A stretch of DNA of 64,000 bases from Antedon mediterranea (GCF_964355755.1 NC_092677.1:18932101-18996100); one strand, 5' to 3'. Positions 36,546 to 50,656 are shown, counted from the stretch's first letter. Notes: a model not told the origin generated them from the letters alone. Program-made: numbers and translations.

Positions 36546-37897
36546 GTTTTTTAATATCACTTTATCGATATATCGAAAAAAATTATGAAGAATCTCAACT
36601 AGCCTGGCCTGTCGTCCGGTCCGTACCCTTACAATTATTTTATTATTCTTTCTATATTCGACACACATCACATGACCCAATTATTACCCTTGAGACACGT
36701 GACGTATGTGCGGTGGTGCGTGAAAAATTATAGTATTGTAGAGTACTGCTCCTAGGAGGAGGGAAAGAGATCAAAAATTTGAACGATTTTAAAGAGTCAA
36801 ATTAATGATATAATTTAAATTCCGAAAGTGAGTGAGGCGAGCGATCTAAAATGTTAAGAGGGCTAAAAAGTAAAATAAAACCATAAGCATCGAACGACAT
36901 TTTTTTCTTACTGTACATGTTATTTATATGGTATGTATAGATACCTAGGTAGTATAAAATCAATTTTATATCTCCATGGATAGTATAGTACAATTTTTAT
37001 AAAATTAACAAATTTGTAAGAAGTTAAATGACAAGATAAATTGGTCATTAAATGTTCACATACACGTTCTTGGGGTGGGCGGCGCATATGCTGATGGCTC
37101 TGATCTGGCGTATCTATTAATATTATTTATCCATCATTTTGTTTTGGGGTTTTTTTTGTGTTAAACTTTATTAATATGTATAATCACAAAACCTTTCTGC
37201 AGTTAGATAAAATTCAACATTTTTTTAAAATATTTTACCTTGGCTCACCGTCGGGGCACATGGACGCTTTATTGGTGCATAGTTCGTTGTTTGGGAATAG
37301 TGGGGAATTCCCGTTTCCGAGGATTTAATCACCTACGAGTTGGTTCTACGGCAATAGTTTTCTGTAGTTTCTGCCGAGGGCTTTTAAAATTCAGCTTTAC
37401 TTGTACGATGTACCGGATATAATAGGCGCAACACAGGCGTATAGCAGTGCATATTGCGTAGGGATCCCGGTAGGGTTATCTGATCAAGATTGCAGAAAGT
37501 CACCATCTTGTTGGTTCCCTCTCTCTAAGGAGAATCACTTTTTGAACTGCGATAATATTGTAGTTTGCCATCCAGCCGTCGGCTATTGTAAATATCATTG
37601 GTTAAAATATGTAATAACTCGATTTGAAAGAGTTGACCTTTTCCAGATGTTTTTGTAAAGTAATCGTTGATTGGCGGGAAGGCCATTATGTAACAAATTA
37701 TGTCCAATTGATTATGGCGTTTATTTTATGGGCGGTCCGTGATATAACAACCAGAGAGGGAGACCTAGATGAAGACGCGGCGACCGGGGGATCGGCTTAA
37801 AAGCACACGTGTTGGATCCTTTCTCATCAGCCGACTCGAAGGTGCAGCACTGCAAACCAGTTCTCTCTCCAAAATTTACATCTAAAGATCAGAAAAT
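36546..37897. promoter_or_regulatory. divergent (head-to-head) promoter region of ATP6V0D1 and AHCY
   Basis: Start codons 1.35 kb apart on opposite strands. CLEAR/E-box-like TCACATGAC (36668) and CACGTGAC (36696) on the V-ATPase side; ATTGG overlapping TTGGCGGGAA (E2F-like, ~37670) and GGGCGG (~37728) on the AHCY side. Confidence 0.7.
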
Positions 37898-37919
37898 ATG
37901 AAGGAGGCATATAAAGTTG
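37898..37919 (+). CDS. AHCY: adenosylhomocysteinase, coding exon 1
   Basis: ATGAAGGAGGCATATAAAGTTG|GTTAGT = MKEAYKV plus phase 1, joining exon 2 to give the conserved YKVAD motif. Confidence 0.88.
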
Positions 37920-39540
37920 GTTAGTGCATATTTATTATTAGTTTCCTAGTTTTGTTGGTACTGTTTTAGAAAGGTTTAGGCCTATTTATTATGTATTGCA
38001 AATGCGGCAAAATTATTTTTTGAATAGCCTAGGGCCAGGCCCTACTACTACTAGCCTACACTCTACTAGGCCTAGTTAGGCCTAGCCTATCTACATGGGC
38101 CTGACCGTAGGCCTATATATGCTAGTACTAGGCCTAGCCTAGCCTAGTTAGTAGGACTAGACCTAAAATGGTTAACCACCTAAAAAGTAACCAATAAATG
38201 AACTAGGCTAGGCCTAGCACCTAAACTTGTTACTTGTACTTTTTGTGTATAATGTCAATGATACTGATACTTTAGTACTAAATAGGCCTAGCCTAGGCCT
38301 AGTAGTAATTAATGCACAACCACAACCCTGTCTTTGGTTATTTCTGAACTTAATACAAAATTACATCCGATTAGTCGCTAGGCCTACATGAAAATGCTGA
38401 TTGCATGTAAAACGCGTAAATTACATCAAATCAGTTAAAGCATGTGAAATTCGTTAACATGCATGAAATTACTTTCGCCAATTGTGGAAGGTGTTTTCTG
38501 AGGGATTTAAAATGTGTCAAATTAATTTGGTTAAAAACGCGTCAAATCCATGAAAACGTGTCAAATTCATTAACGAAAAAATATACATGAAAAATTGCTA
38601 ATCAAACTGTTGTGTTGACTTTTAGCTACACAATTTATAATTTGATTAGCCATATGACTATGCAAATACTCCCTGATCTATTCAATTTTTTATACTAAAA
38701 TATATTTTTGACTGTTTCCCCCGAATGCTTGCACATAGTTTAGTGTGGCATCTGTGTGTGTTGCTTGATTTCACTTTAGTTCACGCTGCACCATAGGCAA
38801 CACTACTTTTCATTTCCTTCGATCTTTCCTACACAGTCTCATTTAATTTCCTAACTGTATAATAAAAAGTAATATAAATCGGAAACAAATTAAAATAGTC
38901 GGGCAGATTTTCAAGCCAAACATACAGTAATACTAATAGGTTGATTGGGCGACATCTCTGCAACATTTACTTAGCATAGAAAAAAGTGTAATTAATATTT
39001 TGTAAATTCTTGGCAACAGCCCAATGAAGTTTTGCACTGATTGGTGTAGGTAGGTATCCGATCACTGGCATAGAAGCCATAATTATTTACAATGAATCGG
39101 CAAAATAATATGCACTGCTGAACATATTGTGATCGCTTACGTCTGTTCAATGTACCTGTACCTTTTTAAACACTTTTGTTTCAAAATAGATTTATTCTGT
39201 AAATTCAAATATGTTTGTATCACAGAAAATGAAGAAAAGGTCTTAAAAAAATGTTCTTAAATATTATTTTTTGTTGTGGGATTTAGGTTAGGATGGGAAT
39301 TTAGGGTGTGGTAAGATTTTCAAGCACTAGGCCATATGAATGCGGTGTGGTGCCAGTATTATTTAAAGCTGGAGAAAGCAAACCTATTTTAATTAAAGCT
39401 GAGACATCAGCAAGGCATAGTCATGCATTGTAGTAGTCATAGTATTGAATGAATGAATATAATCTGGTTGGATCTAGTTCTGTATGCTGATAAATGCCAC
39501 ATGTTGATTTTTTTTTATTCAATTGAATGCATGACTTACT

Positions 39541-40201
39541 TATGCACTTGTCAATTGTATGACGCACTATACGACCCCCGGGAGTGGTGCGTCATGGGTG
39601 CGTCATTTACAAATAATTAATGACACGGGTGCGTCAAAGAACCCAAATGGTGCGTCGCCTCAATGTTCAATGGTGCGTCAATGTCCGTCACTTTACCACC
39701 GACCCGCGCCACCCAAAAAGCCTGAAAACAAGGCCTTGACGATCGCGGAGGGGCGGCCAGGTTGTACATTGTCACGCTTGAGAGCGTCATCACTCGCGCC
39801 CTCTATCGGCCAAACTGGAAAATGACATAATATTTGTATTATAAATAGCCGTTCCAATCTTTGTGTGATTGTGTGATCGCGCGAGAACGTTCCTAGCCGG
39901 CCTGATTAACATCGATCGACGACCCTGGCGCGCCTCCATATAGCACCAGACACGCGTATTAGTTTGAGATTTTTGATATAGCAAAAGTGAAGGTACGTCA
40001 AAAAGACAGTCATGGTGCGTCATAATTCACTAAAAGGTCCGTCAATAATTTAAAAATAGGTGCGTCATTGTCTAGTAAAGGTAAGTCACTTTTTTGACGC
40101 AGGGGTGCGTCATGGTATACAAAGGTATGACTCACATCGGACAAATGACGCACCTCTCCCGGGGGTCGTATAGTGCGTCATACAATTGACAAGTGCATTA
40201 T
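39541..40201. mobile_element. MITE with ~55-bp TIRs in AHCY intron 1
   Basis: ATGCACTTGTCAATTGTATGACGCACTATACGACCCCCGGGAG and its reverse complement at ~40154-40199; many internal GTGCGTCA repeats; ACTTACT on both flanks. Confidence 0.82.
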
Positions 40202-41705
40202 CACTTACTGATTGAATTTGGAAATTTCAAGTCTCGCCCATTTGAAGCCTGAAATATCAGTATTTGTTATTTCAACCAATTATGTAAACTGTACACCGAA
40301 ATTTAAACATTTTATCATTTAACAAAAATGTAATTAATATATTAAAATATAATTTTGTTTCAAGATTTTCTATAATAAGAGAACATTCCATAAAATGGGA
40401 AATCCCCTAATTTCTTGAAATTTACAATGCATGCATGGTGCCTTGGTTGTTATTATTGGTTACCTACAATTATTTTAAGTGAATTTAATTACACATTATT
40501 TAAAAGTATACTTTAAATGATCATTCAATAAAGAAACCATTGTCACTAACAAAACCTGGATGTGGTGCTGTACCCTGCAAGTGTTTTTCAGAAGTAAATT
40601 ATATAGTATTTGAATTAATTGTATTTTGTATCTACTCAATGGCCCTTTTTTCGCGCCACAAAGATAGTTATATTCTCAGATGAAGCATTAAGAAGCAGTA
40701 CTACACGTGAAGCTATAGTACTACAGCTTGACAGAATGAGAATGTGTAAACTTGACTAATTTATACATGTATTTAAAAAAAAAATTATTTACTTGTTTAA
40801 ATTATTTTACCGGAAGCCATTTGTCTGCCAGACGAATGTTTTCCAGTTTAATTTATAACCCTTGACCTGATTTGGCTCATAAATATGCATATTTTATGAA
40901 TATGTGCTGATAGAGATAGCAGGAGATAACAGAGATAGCATGCATGAGTCGAGTAGTGATGCAAGACAAAGTTCTGTGTGTGTAGGCTCTAGGTGTATAC
41001 TTCCAACTATATAGAAAGTAGCTAATTTATTTTTTTACGTTTCTTACTATTATGGATATGAATGATGATCCTACTGTAATACTGCTGCTGTAATTACGGT
41101 CACAATCAACACATTGATAATTAAGACAAATTGTAACAAAAACAATACAGGAATTCAATAAGATATACTGATATATTTTAATTAACTTATTTTGCACTGT
41201 AATATTTACAGTGAAATAATTATGAAGTATGTAAATTTGAAGAATTTATCTGTAGTACTGTAGAATTATTTTTTATTTACTGAATGTTAATTGTTAATAT
41301 TTACAAAATATCTGTACAAATATTATTGCTTTATAATAACACAAATCAACATTTTACAAGCTGGACAAGAACATATTGGCTGAATGCAGCACGATGTCAC
41401 AAATAGTTTCTCGCAATATCCAATCATATTCCAATACCGAGTCTACCATAAGTCATACGATCAGGGGGAACCCCTTGTCGCGTCATTGCCTGTTTGTTTT
41501 GTGATCAGATCTTGGCTGTGTGCGTTACTGTTATGATCATTAACATATCATGCATATGTATGAGTTAGCTCTACCGGCCTAATTTTTTAGCTGACGAATC
41601 AGGGCTATAGCTAATGTTCATACAATACCGCTGTTTACTAGAAAAGCCTACAAACTAAGCCTAGGGAAAGTTTCTTTAATATAATTTTCTTTAAATTTTC
41701 AACAG

Positions 41706-41896
41706 CTGATTTATCCCTGGCCGATTGGGGTCGCAAGGAGATGACCCTGGCAGAGAAGGAAATGCCTGGTCTGATGGAGATGAGAACAAGACACGGCCCT
41801 TCCAAGCCATTGAAGGGGGCGCGCATAGCTGGTTGCCTGCACATGACCATCCAAACAGCAGTGCTCATTGAGACCCTAACAGAACTTGGAGCTGAG
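41706..41896 (+). CDS. AHCY: adenosylhomocysteinase, coding exon 2
   Basis: [24 protein letters not shown]...[27 protein letters not shown]; CAG/GT boundaries; 191 nt. Confidence 0.96.
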
Positions 41897-42573
41897 GTAG
41901 TATTTAATTTATTATGTGTCATTAGATTGAGTGAACATGCACACGGCGGTCCCGTCCGTATGGGTCGATTGTTTGTTGATGCATCTGCACGCACGCACCC
42001 ATTACTTAAACCCGAGCTTGATTTATCTTTTTTATGTTGCTAGCCCACTATGTTAGCTCACTGTAGATTTTAATATCCCATAAATTATTTTACTAGCCCA
42101 CTTATATTGATAGCAGGGCTACCAACCATTGTAGGATACAAGCATTTTGTACAATAAAAGTACACTAAACTTCATCTTCCTCAGCCCAAACTTAGGTTGC
42201 TCCAACACAACGTCCGCTATAGCGGTGTTAAATTATAACCTTCCTCCTGAAATCATTGCTACCCCCTCCAGGAAAATTTTCTCTCATAAAGCCAAACAAT
42301 TTATTTTGTCAAAATATGATTTATAAAATGTTGTTTATACCATCCTCAGCTTTTATATCACATGATCGTTTGTTAATCTTTTTTCTTGTCCTGTCCTTTT
42401 ATAATTTAGGGCTTGCTCGTCACAAGGTCTTTTGATTACTAGTTTTCTGTTTTTCATCTGGCGTTACTTTTTGAGTTTTGCCCTCTTCCTTCATTTTACA
42501 ATTTATATTGGATATTTGTTGTTATTTTACTGCGGAAGAAAATAAATGTTAATTTGAATTGAGTTGACTAATC

Positions 42574-42810
42574 TTAAAGATGTATTGTCCCCCTGAAAAA
42601 TTAATTCTTACATAAAAATAGTCAAATTGGCTGCCAGCCAATGGGTTTTTGGTTGAATTTAACCATTTATTTTGTAATTGTCTAAGTGAAAACATTAATT
42701 TTTTCCAATTTTTTTTCTACACAAATGATTAACTTTATTAAAGCTACAAAATAATCTATTCAAAGTCTGATTTTATTAATCTTTATTTTTCATGTTTTGG
42801 GGGGACAATA
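42574..42810. mobile_element. short MITE with the AGATGTATTGTC TIR
   Basis: TTAAAGATGTATTGTCCCCCTGAAAA ... GGGGGGACAATA; homologous to 34788-35032. Confidence 0.65.
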
Positions 42811-42848
42811 AAAATGCTTGAGAATTGATACACATGTATTGTGATGTT

Positions 42849-43190
42849 GGGTCATTCCATGCCAAATCAACAAATCTGAACAAAATTTGGGCAGGTCACC
42901 TCTTAGATTTTACTGATTTTTTTTCCTAAGGTACCTCTATCTATATAATGAACACATGCAAAAAATTAGCCCTCAATTCCAAGTATATATATTAAACTCC
43001 GCGATTTTGGAACGAAAAATGGGGCGAGACGACCAAATTTAAAACGGCCATATTTCCGAAACCGCTTGGAACTGAGGGCTAATTTTTTGCATGTGTTCAT
43101 TATATAGATAGAGGTACCTTAGGAAAAAAAATCAGCAAAATCTAAGAGATTCCCTGCCAACTGATTTGTTGATTTGGCATGGAATGACCC
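42849..43190. mobile_element. foldback MITE with 4-bp TSD (Sola-like)
   Basis: GGGTCATTCCATGCCAAATCAACAAATC / GATTTGTTGATTTGGCATGGAATGACCC; arms about 130 bp; TSD TGTT on both sides. Confidence 0.85.
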
Positions 43191-44159
43191 TGTTTGATTA
43201 CATTGCCGAACATTTCAGCTTGAAGTATCATTTTATCGTTAACTGTAATGTCTTTTTTCCTACACGAATATTAGATAAAAAATGGTACCAGTTTGATAGG
43301 GTGGTATCACTATCATATGTAACGCTGCACAAATATTTACAATATTTATTTTGTTGTTTAATTTAAGCTCCATTTTCGCCAACTTGTCTTGTACCAGGTG
43401 TCTCTTTGTTATTTCGATATGATGAAGTAACTGTGGTGGGTGTAGACTGCACAGATGTTACACGACACCACTATATATAGCCTATTAGTTTATTTTTAAT
43501 TATTGCATGTCATACGCTGCACAAACAGCAGCTAACGGTCGGCTATTTACCACAATTGGCTATCTTTCGGAGGGGTTTCACATTATTTTTTACCCTTAAT
43601 AAACCTTCCCTGGTGCAGTGCGCGAGTCGAGTAAACAAAACATCATACTGGAAATGGTAGTCTATCTAACACTGTAACAGGCACTGCTGACTCTACAGGG
43701 CGGGCTGTGTGTTATATCTGGATGGTAATTTCTCCTGATAATTTTAGGAATCACTGTGTATGTATGATTGAAACAAATCTGAACAATTGTTTTGATTGGC
43801 TAAAATACAACATATTTTTTTCTTACAGTGATTTAGCCCTAGGCCATCTAAATACCTTACGGTAGGGTTAACTATGTTTTGACACTTAAAGGGATAAATT
43901 TCCAAAATTGTTTTTACCATTACAATTTACATTTCAATTTTTTATTCAAATGGCTAAAAAACCGATTTATTTTTAAGGCTAAATAAAAAAAGTGAACTTT
44001 AGCCATTTTGGCAAATAAACTGAATTGGCTAAAAAAAAATCAATAAAAAAACAAAATTAAATTGTAGTACTAGCCCAGGCAATAGTTTTGAGTGTTAGTG
44101 CTAAATATGCGAGTCCTTTACATTGCTAAATTGTTATGGGGATTTTTTATCTTTAACAG

Positions 44160-44388
44160 GTCCAATGGTCTAGCTGTAATGTATTCTCCACCCAGGACCA
44201 TGCCGCTGCCGCCATCGCTAAGACCGGTGTCCCAGTGTACGCGTGGAAAGGAGAGACAGACGAAGAGTATATCTGGTGTATTGAACAAACATTGGTGTTC
44301 GCAGATGGCAAACCATTGAACATGATCTTGGATGATGGTGGTGACCTTACAAATATTGTTCATGACAAGTATCCACAGTATATTTCAG
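44160..44388 (+). CDS. AHCY: adenosylhomocysteinase, coding exon 3
   Basis: [33 protein letters not shown]...[23 protein letters not shown]; CAG acceptor, GTAAAA donor; 229 nt. Confidence 0.96.
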
Positions 44389-45280
44389 GTAAAATGATGT
44401 TGCTTTAAGGCCCAAACAACTGCTTAGCCAGCAGGCCGAAGATGATCGATTTTAAAAAGGCAACCTTTTCCATAACGGCGAGTTTAAAACTAAAAGGCAT
44501 TTTTCAATGATAATACACACGATGTTTCACTGTTAAACTAGCTATACCAATACTAAGCGACTAAAAACTGCTTTTTATTGCATTAGTCGCTGTACAGTGT
44601 CAGTGTAATGTAACATGATACCAGAATATTCATTACGTTTAGATTTGTTGGTTCAATCATTGGTGGCACATTGTTTTGCTATTCATTGTTGAATCATGTC
44701 ATCTCTCGTTCAGCAAACATATTTAAAGGGCCATTTGACGCCTTGAGAAATAAAAAAAGAAAACGGTTTTAGCAAAAAATCCTATATTTTAAAGCAAGCA
44801 GCAGGTTACAACACACAGTGAAGTGTGATGAATGTGCTGGATTGAGATTGTATTGTATGATTATCCTCAAATTGAGGTATGGTTGGTCCTCAAATTGAGG
44901 TGTGGTTGGGCTGGTGGACTCTCTTATAGTTGGTCACTGAAACAGCTGGGGTGTACAGGCTTCGGCTTAGTCAAGGGAACCATATTTTAGGCGGAGAAAT
45001 AACAAGTTTGCGAAAACGCTGCTTGAAATCATATGAAGAATCTATTCAAATATTAAGTAATAAGGCCACAAGCAACCTTTAGATCAGTCATTAGTTGGAA
45101 GGCAAAGCCTCAATTCAGTTGGAGACATAATTAAGACATTAGTTTTATTTGGGCAAATCAATAGAATGTGCAAATTACTTGAAATAAATAGCTTAGCTAA
45201 TTTTGTTTATATTTTCAATTTTATTGTTGATTGTCCAACCATACTTTTGGGTTTTAGGGAATGTGCTACTTTGTACATGA

Positions 45281-45496
<216 letters not shown>

Positions 45497-45743
45497 TAAT
45501 ATATGGAAGTCGGGGTTAAGGGTCACACCATTCTCAGTTTGAACTCCTGAAATTCATTCAAAGACTATCCAACCAGTGAATTTACAGATGCATTTTTGTT
45601 AGGTTTTTGTTATCACCCATACCAGCTCCACTTTTTCAAGTGTTAACTTACAAAATAAGTTAAGCTCTGTACATATTGAATTTTTCAAATAATATACTGT
45701 AATACAATAGTTTCAATGGTATTCCGTCACATTTGTTTTGTAG

Positions 45744-45959
<216 letters not shown>

Positions 45960-46039
45960 TAAAGTACATCTCAAAATATTACATTTCAGCTTTTCATAAC
46001 ATCAATTTAAACAAATTCAGCGAAATACCATGCTTGTGC

Positions 46040-46480
46040 AGTACCATGACAGTTCAAGTAACTGTTTGATTGATGGTATCCATCCATAAGGACCACGTCA
46101 TTGTAGTATTATCAAGGGCACTCTGAATGATTCCACACTATGGTTTAGATGATAGGCCAATTGTCTAGAAGCAAACAAACTATGGTTGTTAAGATATGAT
46201 AAAAGCTGATTAGATGCCACACTTTCGATGACCTTTCCAATGACTGGAAGATCAGAAGTGGTTCGACAATTAGAAAAAGATCTTCAGGTTTTTCAACAGG
46301 AGTGTAATACATGACACATGCTTCAGGAATGATGGAAATAAACCTGAACTCAATGAAGTATTGCTAATTTTATGACCAATTTAATACAAAGTACGTCAAA
46401 TGTTCAATCAATCGTAAAAAGATACTGCCTGACCAGTATCCACATGCTTGTTGTATGTTGACTGGCTGTGATTACTACAT
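46040..46480 (-). pseudogene. ancient LINE (L2/CR1) reverse transcriptase relic in AHCY intron 5
   Basis: Minus-strand fragments PSFLKH..LLLK / NCRTTSDLPVIGKVIESV / RQLAYHLNHSVES resemble NYRPISNLP..GKV.E / QSAYR..HSTET. Confidence 0.55.
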
Positions 46481-46859
46481 TATTTATTGTTGGTACTCTA
46501 GTACCATATGAAAAGAATTGCAGTTATTTTTATGCAATATCGCAATTGATTGCAGCATTCAATTGTTGTTTCCAATTTGTAACATGTTTATAACAATGAT
46601 GCACACCCTGCAATCTGATAATTAGCTTGTAGGATCGCGATCAAAATATAATGTCTACAATCTTCCTATGCATAGACTTATGAAGGGTTACTCATGGTAA
46701 CAAAGCAATAATTCATACCTGTACTGTATACCTATATTTCGTAATTTTCCTTCAGGCCATAAGGGCAGTCAATTGAATATTGTGGTGGAAATAAGGGATT
46801 TTATGGTTTTAATATATAAAATGTTGCATGTATAACTAAAAGGAAATGCTTTGTGTTAG

Positions 46860-47065
46860 GCTATGAGGTAACAACAATGGAAGATGCTGCCTCAAGAGCA
46901 AGTGTGTTTGTCACCACCACCGGCTGCAAGGATGTCATAACCAAGAAGCATTTTGAGAGCATGAAGGATGATTCTATCGTATGCAACATTGGACACTTTG
47001 ACATCGAACTTGATGTTGATTGGTTGGAAAAGAACTGTACAGAGAAGATTACCATTAAGCCACAG
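46860..47065 (+). CDS. AHCY: adenosylhomocysteinase, coding exon 6
   Basis: [27 protein letters not shown]...[12 protein letters not shown]...IKPQ; 206 nt. Confidence 0.96.
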
Positions 47066-47889
47066 GTATATTGAATGTTATGTAACGCCTAAATAAATTC
47101 CTGTGATTTGATTGTGGGTCATATGGCGTGCAATAGCTTGCACTATTCAATTTAAAAATGTCTGGCATTTAGAATGGCAAGGAAGACTTTCCAGTTATAT
47201 ATGGACTGTGTGGTAGGAGAGGTAAACCCCTAGGTTTGTTTTTGTAAGTTATCTATTCTAGAGTTCAAGATGAATCCTACCATACCAGCTGCTTGGTTCC
47301 GATGAACCCCAGATGTGCATTATATTTATGAAATTGCTGGTTTTGAGTGAAAGCAGTTACATCCTAGGGATAGTGCTTAGTTTACAATCATTCGTAGAGC
47401 CGTGTTGGGAATAATAACCATTATTGCAAACATTTCAACTTGGCATAATGTCATAAATTTTAGAAGCCCTCTCCTGACACATCAATGTTTCGCACGAAAA
47501 CATTAGCATAAAGTATAGGTTATTTTATAGCCGTTTAATAAACTTTAGTGGGCGAAATAAGCATATATGGAAAGATCAGTTCCTTATAAGTATAAGATGT
47601 CGAAGGTGACCTAATTTTCTGAATAATTTGTTGCCAGTGATGGTTTCTTTCCAATGTTTGTGTTCAGCCGTCGAAGTTTTTTAACAGGTCTTTGTTTACA
47701 AATTATGGGAGGAACAAGGAATTGACGTGTTGATTTATTCAACATGAATGGGCATGTGTTTCTAAAACGGTTTTATTTGGGTAATGAAAACACAGTTCTA
47801 GTAACTTTAATGCAAAAATAGCTATTTAGAATAGGAATTTAGAGAGGTATCGCTGGTACCATTCTTGATGTTTGCTTTTTTTCTTTTTC

Positions 47890-48082
47890 GGATGGGATGT
47901 AAAGCCGTTGGTCCCGTATACTTAACAGTGCACGTTATTCGAAAAGAGTAGGGGATCGTCTCCCGGTGTGCTGATCTGGTAGGCGCTGCACTGCTGGCTG
48001 CCGTGGGTCCGTAGAGGGCCTAATCCGAATCTCTTCAGTTTCTAGTTAAGCTTGAGGACTAAGATAATTACCTTTACCTTTT
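47890..48082 (+). mobile_element. 5'-truncated SINE (Nin/Deu-domain-like)
   Basis: GGATG..GTAAAGCCGTTGGTCCCGT..GCACGT..TCGAAAAGAGTAGGGG resembles conserved invertebrate SINE central domains; (TTACCT)n-like tail. Confidence 0.55.
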
Positions 48083-48798
48083 ATTTTCTGTGTTCTTCCT
48101 CTGTGGTATCGGAATATATGAAATCAAACTTCAAGAAAATGCACCTATAGCAGGCTAGGTCTATTGTTAATGTTGTAATAACAATCACTTGTGTTAAATG
48201 TATTAATCCTATTTAACTCTATTTCAAGTGTGTCCCTACCTATATATTTCTTTTTTAAATAAAATGAAAACTAAGCCAATTTTAAGCTAATATCCACAAT
48301 GATGATGGACATCCAGCTCCAAATTTACAATACAAGTCTTTGTTGTCTTCAATTTGGGTGTTCATGGTGTACTGCAAGGCACTAAGCTTAAACCTTTGGC
48401 CATTCAATTTTTACATAATGATCTTAATCAATTGACCTTCAACTATTGTAATAATAATCCAATCTTTTAAAATCCTATTAAACAGCCTAAAGGCCAATTT
48501 ACTCAAACGAGCGCGTCCTGTTTCAGCTGTGAAAAAGTATGTGAATAAATTACCCCACAATTTCTTGACAGCAGAAACAGGAAAAATTTACAATAACCGG
48601 TTAATTACACTATATCGTTTAAATTCACTGTTATTCACAGATTTAAACAGTTGGAAGTACAGTGTGCAGTCGATTTAAAATGATATCAATGCTATGCAGC
48701 AGAAACCTTTTATACAAGTGTAATAACCAATAACTCGCATGTCAAAAACGACCATCCAATATTCAGTAATTAGATTTAAACATGTAATTTACATATAG

Positions 48799-49032
<234 letters not shown>

Positions 49033-49092
49033 TAAAAATATTCTAAATTTATAACCACATCTTTATTTATTGATTTTTTTTTCTTTCCTTAA

Positions 49093-49606
49093 AGATGTAT
49101 TGTCCCTTGAAACACAAAAAATGAAGGTCAAAATATACTAAATTTAAATTGGCCATATCAAAGTAATATTAAAATTATTCACTATATAAGTCGAAAATTC
49201 GAGCGAAAAAGTTTACGTAATTAACAGGTAAATTAATTTTATTACATTTTGTCTGGAAAATCGTCATGAGTGAAAGTAAACAAAGATGTCGAACCACGAG
49301 TATGCATTATGCATGATGAGGTTGAGAAGGTGTTTTCAAACAGATCGCGAGGAAGTTTTATGATCATGCATACAGAGTAGCCAATTAAGCGCGTTGCATT
49401 ATGAGATACGTTTTGATCAAAAACTTTGACTGGAAGTCAAAGTTATTTTTTGAACAAAAAACGTCTGTATTTCAGTTAAACAATTTTTTTTTTTGACAAA
49501 TTTTTTGTTAAAGTTAATAACTATTTTGATACTTCAAAATGACTCACTTTTTTCGAAATCTTTTTTTTTTTTTTTTTTTAGAATTAGTCAAAGTGACAAT
49601 ACATCT
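49093..49606. mobile_element. MITE with TTAA TSD (Kolobok-like), full-length copy of a local family
   Basis: TTAA|AGATGTATTGTC ... GACAATACATCT|TTAA; internal sequence recurs at ~16127-16400 (same strand) and ~21961-22540 (reverse). Confidence 0.82.
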
Positions 49607-49795
49607 TTAACTTACTCACTTAATACTTAATTAAATCTACAAATCTTTTTATCAGACATCAATTGCATTCATAAAATTTTGAATTCGTAAAATTTGGATT
49701 TGTAGTTGTTGAATCTTGTAAATGGATGCAATGTCAATCCTAGTACTTTCCTCTTTCTTCCATGTCTTAGTAGTTATTACAATTTTTAATTTCAG

Positions 49796-49927
49796 TTGGA
49801 TGAGGAAGTTGCTCGCCTCCACCTTGATCACCTTGATGTAAAGTTGACCAAATTGTCGGAGTCACAGAGCAAGTATCTTGATATACCAGTGAAAGGACCA
49901 TACAAATCTGACATGTACCGTTACTAA
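49796..49927 (+). CDS. AHCY: adenosylhomocysteinase, last coding exon
   Basis: [43 protein letters not shown]. The eight exons sum to 1296 nt = 431 aa + stop. Confidence 0.96.
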   Translation: MDEEVARLHLDHLDVKLTKLSESQSKYLDIPVKGPYKSDMYRY

Positions 49928-50351
49928 GCAATGCTATAAACGAAGCACAAGTCCTGAAATGTCTGTAATTGTTCATGTTTTATTAACCTTATATGTAGCA
50001 AACATGAACATTAAAATTAGTTACGCCAATCAACAGTTTGTTTTCAATCTGTTTAAAGATTAAAACAATTTGATTTCAATAATAATTGTATTGTCAATAA
50101 CATGGTTTCAAATAATTGGTTGTAAACAAAATTAATTTGTTAAAAATATCATTTAAGTAAAAATTAAACTGTAGTGGTAGAGGGTCTTTAATTGTTTTTA
50201 TACACAATTTTGGGAAATTATATCTTTAGGTACTTCTGCTTTTTTGTACACTTCTGGGTAATAAAATATATACCAGCTGAATTTACTTTATGTCTATATC
50301 TTTTGTATAAATTGTATACCAGCATGCAATGTACCTGTCTACTCTATTTTG

Positions 50352-50656
50352 CTATAATAATAATAATAGTTCATTCTTATATAGCGTATATCTCTCAATG
50401 CACTGAACATTATTAACCCAGTCATTTTTTTTGGATCAAAAGCATATGGAAACATACTCCCATAATGCAGCTAGTAATCTGTGCAAAGTTGTGCCTTGAT
50501 CTAACCGGGTACCCATTTATACACCTGGGTGAAGAGAGGAAAACGTAAGTAAAGTATATCTTGCCTATTAGGACACAAGCAATGCGCAAGAGTTGGATTC
50601 GAACCTCGATCTCGCGATCAGTAGACGAACGTCCAACACACTGCGCCACACGCCCT
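50352..50656 (-). mobile_element. tRNA-derived SINE (CORE-like central domain)
   Basis: Minus strand: A box TGGCGCAGTG, B box GGTTCGAATCC, central GTGTCC..GGCAAG..CACCCAGGTGTATAAATGGGTACC, 3' GCTATATAAGAA and (ATT)n tail. Confidence 0.78.

Noticed and set aside
41638-41994. 118-aa minus-strand ORF and other antisense ORFs over AHCY, ATP6V0D1 and the LINE
   Set aside because: Shadow ORFs of real coding sequence on the opposite strand.
50590-50656. possible tRNA gene
   Set aside because: A and B boxes are present but there is no complete cloverleaf; it continues into a SINE body and tail.
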